From positions 64,001 through 128,000 of the forward strand of contig JBMOMC010000006.1 in the NCBI GenBank assembly GCA_049325335.1: 64,000 nt of DNA, in the 5' to 3' direction. Of the stretch, positions 58,169-64,000 are shown one piece after another. The translations under genes and the position numbers were made by a program. This stretch comes from Nitrospirota bacterium (GTDB taxonomy: Bacteria; Nitrospirota; Nitrospiria; 2-01-FULL-66-17). Positions within the stretch are counted from its first letter, which is position 1. The number at the start of each line of letters is the position of its first letter. A model generated the notes under the pieces. The model saw nothing but the letters and a program-made list of their open reading frames with translations, was not told the origin of the DNA and ran no database searches.

Positions 58169-58668
58169 CCTTGTCGCTCCCGGCGGTGCCACGTTGCCGG
58201 CTGCTTCCGTCCTTGAACTATAAGTGCCCACGCCCTCATCCCAGGTCCCTTGTCTGGTGCCGGTTTCCGGCTGGTCGTGGATGGTGTGGCATCGCTCTGT
58301 TCCTCCCCGCACGAAGGCTTCGTTCGGCCTGTCGCCACTGTAGCGGGACGCCGGCACCTGGTATCGCGCCGTTGTCGCCACATCCGTCGTCCATCTGGCC
58401 CGATCTGCCGCATCGCACATAGCCCGCAGTGGGCTACCGTGAGCGCGTGGGAAAACCCAAACCCCGAAAAATGAATTGGCCCCTGCGGGGTGGAGCGAGC
58501 CCCAGGCCCCTCCATCCCTCCCCGGAAGGGGAAGCGATCCCGCAGGCCTCGGCTGTCGTGGGACGTGACTCCCGGCCGTCGCCCTGCTCCCGGAAAAACG
58601 ATTCGGCTTCCGTCGGGACGGAGGGGTGGCGACGTCCCGCGACCAGGGACACGAAAGGAGGTGGAGCC

Positions 58669-58974
58669 ATGGCGACCGTGATCTATGAGCGCGCGTTCGA
58701 GGTGGAGGGAGCAGAGGCCCGGGCCGTGATCGTGGACCATTCGCAGCCGGACCGGCTGGAGCTGCACTTTGGGATCACCGAGCGATCCTGCTCGGGGAGT
58801 CCCGAGGTGGTGACCTACCGGAACCAGGTGCAGCAGGCCTGTGCCGATGTCTCGCGGAGCGTGCGGCGGGCCCTCTGGCAGGACCTGTTTCAGGAGGCGA
58901 AGGCTGAACTGGACCGCGAAGTCCGCATCGCGACCGATCCGCACCACGAACTGGCGGAGATAGAGCGGTACTGA
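58669..58974 (+). CDS. Hypothetical protein
   Basis: Strong aaaggaggt RBS, GC3-rich codons. Confidence 0.65.
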   Translation: MATVIYERAFEVEGAEARAVIVDHSQPDRLELHFGITERSCSGSPEVVTYRNQVQQACADVSRSVRRALWQDLFQEAKAELDREVRIATDPHHELAEIERY

Positions 58975-59047
58975 GGGACGAAAAAGGAGTGGAGATGAGC
59001 GTGACCAAGGGCACGGTGCCCTTGGATCCCCTCAGAGGAGGACGCGA

Positions 59048-59317
59048 ATGGACGTAGTGGCTGGGTTGCTGGCGATGGATCGGTGCTTGAGGGCGGTGAC
59101 GTTCCAGCGTGGAGATCGCGTCCACGACGGACAGGCTCGTACTGGAACCGTGCTGGCTGGGCGGCTGGGGATCGATGGCGAGCTGGTGGAGAACGAGTTC
59201 CAGGTCCGCTGGGATGATGGCGACATCAGTTGGGTTGCAGAGAGGAGGCTATCGTGGAGGATCGAGGGTTACGAGACCGAACCGTGTGCGTCAGCGATGA
59301 TCTCGTCGATCGGTTAG
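59048..59317 (+). CDS. Hypothetical small beta-rich (SH3-like) protein
   Basis: gaggag RBS; FQRGDRV....TGTV...QVRWDDGDISWV. Confidence 0.5.
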   Translation: MDVVAGLLAMDRCLRAVTFQRGDRVHDGQARTGTVLAGRLGIDGELVENEFQVRWDDGDISWVAERRLSWRIEGYETEPCASAMISSIG

Positions 59318-59542
59318 GCGATCTCTACCAGAAGTACCGGTTCGAGATGACGTTCGTGGAATTTCTGGAGATGGTCGTTGCCCGCATGGAAGCACGGTAT
59401 GGGCCATCCCGGGCCCGCGGCGGAGCGCGGCCGTGCGTGGTGCGCGCCGGCATGTCCGACCCCGCAGCCCCAGAAAGACGAACGCCAGATGCTGTGGAGA
59501 AGGCGTCCGCCTTCTGATTCCCACCAGCAGGAGGAGCACGAG

Positions 59543-59896
59543 GTGATTCGCACGCGTTCGATCCATCGGGCGCGACCCGGCAGCCTGGCGACGTACCGAT
59601 GGGGCTCGCTGCGAACGTTCGAGAATGGGCGGGTATTTGCGCCGTCCGAGGGGCTGCTCGCGGCGTACAAGGCGGGGAGGCTGTCGTGGGAAGCCTACGA
59701 GCGGCAGTACCTCGCGGAGATGGACTCGCTTTACCGACGCTCGGCGGATCTCTTCCTGGCGCTGCTTCGACGCCCCGAGGTCACCCTGGTCTGTTACGAG
59801 GCCACTCCCGCCCGATGCCATCGCCGGTTGCTGGCCGACCTGCTGGCTCGCATCGGGGGCGAACACGGCATCCAGGTCGCGCTGGATGTTCAGTAG
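59543..59896 (+). CDS. DUF488-family protein
   Basis: APS..LL, W..Y...YL.EM, TLVCYE....CHRRLLA; ggagga RBS. Confidence 0.75.
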   Translation: MIRTRSIHRARPGSLATYRWGSLRTFENGRVFAPSEGLLAAYKAGRLSWEAYERQYLAEMDSLYRRSADLFLALLRRPEVTLVCYEATPARCHRRLLADLLARIGGEHGIQVALDVQ

Positions 59897-59929
59897 GTCG
59901 AACACTTACCAATCATAGGAGGATCTGTC

Positions 59930-60328
59930 ATGGACTACTGTCGAATCACGATGCTGGGCCGGTTGACCCAGGACCCGGAGGTGCGAGCCACGCCAGGGGG
60001 GATGGCCGTGGCTGGCTTCTCCGTCGCCATCAATCGCAAGTACCGCAAAGCCGAGACCGAGGAGATGGTCGAGGCCGTTACCTTTGTGGCGGTCCGGGCC
60101 TTCGGCAAGCACGCCGAGCACGCAGGCCAGTACCTGCACAAGGGACGGCAGGTGCTGATCGACGGCGAACTGCGGCAGGACGAGTGGATGGATAAGGAGA
60201 GCGGAGAGAAACGCCAGCGGTTGTACGTGGTGGCGCAGCGAATCATCTATCTGGGGAAGTCCAACGGCAATGGCCAGACCGCCACCCCTGAAAGTCCCGA
60301 TCCGGGCGAGGCTGATATCCCGTTCTAA
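59930..60328 (+). CDS. ssb: Single-stranded DNA-binding protein
   Basis: LGRLTQDPEVR.TPGG, YLHKGRQVLIDGEL, C-terminal DIPF. Confidence 0.95.
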   Translation: MDYCRITMLGRLTQDPEVRATPGGMAVAGFSVAINRKYRKAETEEMVEAVTFVAVRAFGKHAEHAGQYLHKGRQVLIDGELRQDEWMDKESGEKRQRLYVVAQRIIYLGKSNGNGQTATPESPDPGEADIPF

Positions 60329-60455
60329 ACCTCGAACGATCCTTTGGTGTTCCTGTTGTTGATCCCATCCTTGGCGCATGGTATAACCGCTTGCTCTTCA
60401 CCCTGAAGTGAGCCAACCAAGCCGAGGAGTCGGTCAGCGATAGGAGGATGTCCCC

Positions 60456-60764
60456 ATGCCGAAGCTGTCAGCAGCAGCCAGAAAGAAGATCTCAGAGTCG
60501 ATGCGCAAAGCCTGGGCCGCGCGGCGTGCCAAGCAGGCTGGAGGTGGTTTGGTGACTCGGACATCTTCAATGGCGAAGTCAGCGGCGTCAAGTACCCATG
60601 CAGGTCAAGCGATTGCTGGAGCCGTTTCGGCGATCAAGAGGCTGACACTGGGAGACATTCAGGGGTTAGCCCACCGCAGAGGGTCTGTCGACCAGGTCGC
60701 AGAGTTAGTGAGCCTGGCAACCGAGCTGAAGGGGCTCCTCACGCCCACCGCGAAGACGCGCTGA
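60456..60764 (+). CDS. Small basic hypothetical protein with its own promoter
   Basis: LSAAARKKISESMRKAWAARR; TTGATC 60359 - 17 nt - TATAAC 60382; aggagga RBS. Confidence 0.6.
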   Translation: MPKLSAAARKKISESMRKAWAARRAKQAGGGLVTRTSSMAKSAASSTHAGQAIAGAVSAIKRLTLGDIQGLAHRRGSVDQVAELVSLATELKGLLTPTAKTR

Positions 60765-60980
60765 TCCTCTCAATGATCGAGTAACGATCACGCTCGATTC
60801 CTGATACTCGGCCTATCTTCCTGGAACCTGGAAGATGGGCCGTATTGTTTCTCCGTGCTGTAGCGACCCGCCGCACCGCAATCGGTTCTCGGTAGTTCAA
60901 CCCGAAAGACGACTTCCAAGTTTGTACGGCAGGGGCACCGGCCCCTGGACCCCACCCCCAGTGACCAGGAGGTTCACGCC

Positions 60981-61493
60981 GTGCCAGACGCTGATGGAGA
61001 GTCTTGTCTTGATCGATCAGAGCTTCGACCACGTCGCCGTGCGATCGCGGTGGTCCGCATCCAGATGGTCCGGGAGGGGCGCTTTCCCTACGGGGCGACC
61101 GGCGTGAGTCAATCCTCGGACGCGGCCACGATCCTCCGGGCCTATCTCGCGGGAGCTGACCGGGAATTCTTCGTACTCCTGTTGCTCGACGGCAAGCACC
61201 GGGTCAACGCGCTCAACGTGGTGGCGATCGGCTCATTGACCGCGGCGCTGGTCCATCCGCGGGAAGTGTTCAAGCCCGCGATCTTGGCCAATGCCGCAGC
61301 CGTCATCCTGGGACACAACCACCCCAGCGGGGATATCGAGCCCAGTCGGGAGGATCGGGAGCTGACCGAGCGATTGGTCAAGGCGGGTCGGCTCCTGGGC
61401 ATCACCGTGCTCGACCACGTGATCGTGGGCGAGGAGCGCTTTTTCAGCTTCGCGGATCACCATCTGATTCCAGCGAATGGAGGGGCCCTGTGA
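60981..61493 (+). CDS. radC: RadC-like JAB domain protein (UPF0758)
   Basis: REFF..LLLD, VHPREVFK.AI, HNHPSGD..PS.ED, LDHVIVG. Confidence 0.92.
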   Translation: MPDADGESCLDRSELRPRRRAIAVVRIQMVREGRFPYGATGVSQSSDAATILRAYLAGADREFFVLLLLDGKHRVNALNVVAIGSLTAALVHPREVFKPAILANAAAVILGHNHPSGDIEPSREDRELTERLVKAGRLLGITVLDHVIVGEERFFSFADHHLIPANGGAL

Positions 61494-63517
61494 GCGCCAA
61501 GACGGTGCAAGTCACGCTGCCTTGGCTGGAACTGCCCGACGCGCCTGCGGAGCCGATTCGCGCGGAGACGCTCCTCGCGGGCCTCAATCCCGAGCAACGC
61601 GAGGTGGTCCAACACGGCGAGGGACCGGTGCTGGTCCTGGCGGTGGCCGGTTCGGGCAAGACCCGCGCGATCACCCACCGGGCGGCGTATCTCGTCGCGG
61701 TCCGGGGCGTGCCGGCCTCGCGCATTCTGTGCCTGACGTTCACCAACAAGGCCGCGGCTCACATGCGCGAGCGGATCGCGCAGCTTCTGGGCGGCCAACT
61801 CGGGGGCATGACGGTCGCCACGTTCCACAGCCTCTGCGTGCGGTTGCTGCGCATGTACCACGCGTTCGTTCCTCGCAGTAACCGTTTCACCATCTACGAT
61901 GCGGATGATACGAGCGAGGTGGTGCGGCGCGTGGCCAAGGATCTGGAGGCCGAGGGCTACGAAGCCTCGCTGCGATCCGACCTCGATCGCCTCAAGCACC
62001 TGGGCGTCCCTCCGGATGGCGATCTGACTGGGGCGCTCGAATGCGGGGAGGGTCAGCGCGAGTATGTGGAGCTCCTGCACCGGGCGTATGCGCGCTACGA
62101 GCGGATGCTCGCGCGCTGCGATGCCCTGGACTTTACGGATCTGCTGTTCGCCACGGTCCGCGTGCTGGAACAGCACCCGCAGGTCTTAGGCCGCGTGCGG
62201 AGCCGCTACCAGCACCTCTTGGTCGACGAGTATCAGGACTCCTGCCCCTTGCAGGAGCGCTTGCTCAGGCTGCTGGCAGCGCCTGGCTACAACCTGTGCA
62301 CGGTGGGGGATGACGATCAGGCCATCTACGCCTTCCGGCACGCGGACGCGAGCGGGCTGCTCACCTTCGCACAGCGCTATCCGGGCAGCCGGATCCTGCG
62401 CATGGAGGAGAACTACCGCTCCACCGGAGCGATCATCGAGGCGGCGCGCCGCGCGATCGTGCCCAACACGCAGCGCCAGCCCAAGACGATCCGCACGGCG
62501 AATGCCGATGGCGAGCCCGTGCGCGTGGTGGGCTTTCCCTGGGAAGACGTGGAAGCTGGGTGGATCGTGGAGCAGATCCAACAAGCCCGGGCGCAGGGCG
62601 TGCCGTTCGGGGAGATCGCGGTGCTGTGCCGGGTGGCCTCGCTCTTTCGGCCGATCGAGCGCGAGCTGGCGCGGGCGCTGATCCCGTACCACCTGGTGGA
62701 TGGGCTGGCCTTCTGGGACCGCCGGGAGATCAAGGACCTGCTGGCCTACCTGCGGTGGATCCACAACCCGCACGATCTCGTGAGTTTCCTGCGGATCGCA
62801 AACGTGCCGCCACGGGGCATCGGCAAGAAGGTACTCGCGCAGATCGAGGAGCGTCTGCAGTCCGACCCGGCGCGATTGCTCCCGGAGGTCCTGCAAGCCG
62901 TGAGTCAGTCCTCGCGGCCGCTGCGTGCCTTGCGGTTCCAAGTCGATGCGCTCCGCGAGGAAGCCCGCTCGGTCCCGGCGCTCATCGCCGCGGTCCTCAC
63001 CCGATTGGGCTACGAAGCCCACCTGCTCAAGGCCTTTCCCGATGGCGCCCGGCGGCTCACGCACATCGAGCAACTGCAGACTATCGCGGCGCGCGACGGG
63101 CAGACCTCCGAGGACTCGCTGGGAGAGTTTCTCGCGCAAGCCGGCCTGGGACAGGGTGCGGATGGGAGCCCGGTCGAGGGTGTGCGGCTGATGACAATCC
63201 ACGCGGCCAAGGGCCTGGAGTTTCATACGGTCTTTCTCATCGGCCTGGAAGAGGGCATCCTCCCACATGCGCGCTGCCGCGAGACGATTGAAGAAGAGCG
63301 ACGGTTGCTCTACGTGGCGATCACCCGCGCCAAGTCGCGGCTTGTGCTCTCGTGGTGCCGACGGCGCCTGCTCCAAGGGCGGGACATCAGCCACCAGCCC
63401 TCGTCGTTTCTGGACGATATCCGTCCGGGATCGCGGCTCGGGTCGGTGGTCTGGGCAAAGCCGGGTCCCCGACGTGACGGTCTCTTGGCTGGGAGGGCAC
63501 GGCATGCAGATCGCTGA
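61490..63517 (+). CDS. UvrD/PcrA/Rep-family helicase
   Basis: LNPEQ, AVAGSGKT, LVDEYQD, VGDDDQAIY.FR, NYRS, MTIHAAKGLEF, EEERRLLYVAITRA. Confidence 0.95.
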   Translation: MSAKTVQVTLPWLELPDAPAEPIRAETLLAGLNPEQREVVQHGEGPVLVLAVAGSGKTRAITHRAAYLVAVRGVPASRILCLTFTNKAAAHMRERIAQLLGGQLGGMTVATFHSLCVRLLRMYHAFVPRSNRFTIYDADDTSEVVRRVAKDLEAEGYEASLRSDLDRLKHLGVPPDGDLTGALECGEGQREYVELLHRAYARYERMLARCDALDFTDLLFATVRVLEQHPQVLGRVRSRYQHLLVDEYQDSCPLQERLLRLLAAPGYNLCTVGDDDQAIYAFRHADASGLLTFAQRYPGSRILRMEENYRSTGAIIEAARRAIVPNTQRQPKTIRTANADGEPVRVVGFPWEDVEAGWIVEQIQQARAQGVPFGEIAVLCRVASLFRPIERELARALIPYHLVDGLAFWDRREIKDLLAYLRWIHNPHDLVSFLRIANVPPRGIGKKVLAQIEERLQSDPARLLPEVLQAVSQSSRPLRALRFQVDALREEARSVPALIAAVLTRLGYEAHLLKAFPDGARRLTHIEQLQTIAARDGQTSEDSLGEFLAQAGLGQGADGSPVEGVRLMTIHAAKGLEFHTVFLIGLEEGILPHARCRETIEEERRLLYVAITRAKSRLVLSWCRRRLLQGRDISHQPSSFLDDIRPGSRLGSVVWAKPGPRRDGLLAGRARHADR

Positions 63518-64000
63518 GGGGATCAGGATGTCCCACAGCAAGGTCACGCGCTACGACTTCTGCCCGCGCGCGTATCGCCATTACTACGTGGAGGGCTGGC
63601 GGCCGATCGCCAAACGGCCGTCGCTGCTTTTCGGGGATGCCATCGATCGGTCGCTGTCAGCCTTGTTCCAGCAGGACGCCGATCCGCAGATCGTGTTCGG
63701 CCAGGCCTGGGAGGCGCTCAAGGACATCCCGGTGGCATGGGGCAAGCGGCACACGTGGGCAGCGCTCGGCGACATCGGCCGCGCACTGCTCGCGCGCTTC
63801 GTGAAGGAAGAGCGACCACGATTCACGGATGTCCATGCCGAGAATGTACAGCGCCACGTCTCGGCCGAACTCGGCGGCGTGACCTTTGTCGGCTACCCCG
63901 ATCTCTACGCCCGAGTGGATGGCTTGCGGACGCTGGTGGACTTCAAGACCGCGCAGGCGTCCTACGACGCCGAGGAAGTCCGGCTCAACGAGCAACTGAC
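63504..64000 (+). CDS. PD-(D/E)XK RecB-like nuclease (runs off the window end)
   Basis: Hand translation: MQIAEGIRMSHSKVTRYDFCPRAYRHYYVEG...LLFGDAID...FVGYPDLYARVDGLRTLVDFKT; not in ORF track. Confidence 0.85.
   Translation, partial: MQIAEGIRMSHSKVTRYDFCPRAYRHYYVEGWRPIAKRPSLLFGDAIDRSLSALFQQDADPQIVFGQAWEALKDIPVAWGKRHTWAALGDIGRALLARFVKEERPRFTDVHAENVQRHVSAELGGVTFVGYPDLYARVDGLRTLVDFKTAQASYDAEEVRLNEQL

Noticed and set aside
58219..58237. MOBQ-type nic site (taagtg...cgccctc)
   Set aside because: Four-base insertion relative to the RSF1010-like core, no adjacent inverted repeat, no MOBQ relaxase in window
59230..59517. 95-aa ORF between the SH3-like and DUF488 genes
   Set aside because: May be real but has no clear start, RBS or motif; not listed as a feature
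63504..64000. Cas4
   Set aside because: No cas context; C-terminal Cys cluster cannot be seen because the gene is truncated by the window

Overview
A GC-rich 64-kb segment of a large conjugative element (plasmid or ICE; no integrase, att site or recognisable Rep in the window) from a diderm bacterium. Left to right: (1) a partial HNH nuclease gene (minus strand, absent from the ORF track) and a four-gene ParB-like operon containing a perfect 37-bp palindrome, followed by a DnaA-box-like cluster; (2) a defence island: SNF2 helicase, an inserted IetAS-like AAA ATPase/S8 protease pair, type III R-M mod and res with a decayed DUF1016 remnant between them, and an XRE/IrrE switch divergent from an uncharacterised DUF2188-HNH-HNH-lipoprotein-small protein operon; (3) an F-type (MPF-F, SXT/IncC-like order) transfer region with a TM-less TraD, a separate 2-TM protein, an apparently membrane-anchored MobH-like HD protein, traALEKB-dsbC-traVC-trbI-trhF-traW and traU-trbC-traNFHG plus a convergent exclusion-like gene; (4) a ~16-kb metal cargo island splitting traW from traU, with a Cyc2-like cytochrome-porin, czcCBA-like RND efflux plus P-II, a P1B ATPase, and a porin-ZnuACB-like uptake operon led by a His-rich ORF ending in RGPP whose last codons can pair with the next Shine-Dalgarno; (5) brnTA, a ParMR-like system with a nested-palindrome centromere candidate, and a leading-region-like cluster (DUF488, ssb, RadC/JAB, UvrD, PD-(D/E)XK nuclease running off the end). 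All family calls are by motif recognition and gene order only; no searches were run, and several starts were moved from the ORF track using RBS and stop/start overlaps.
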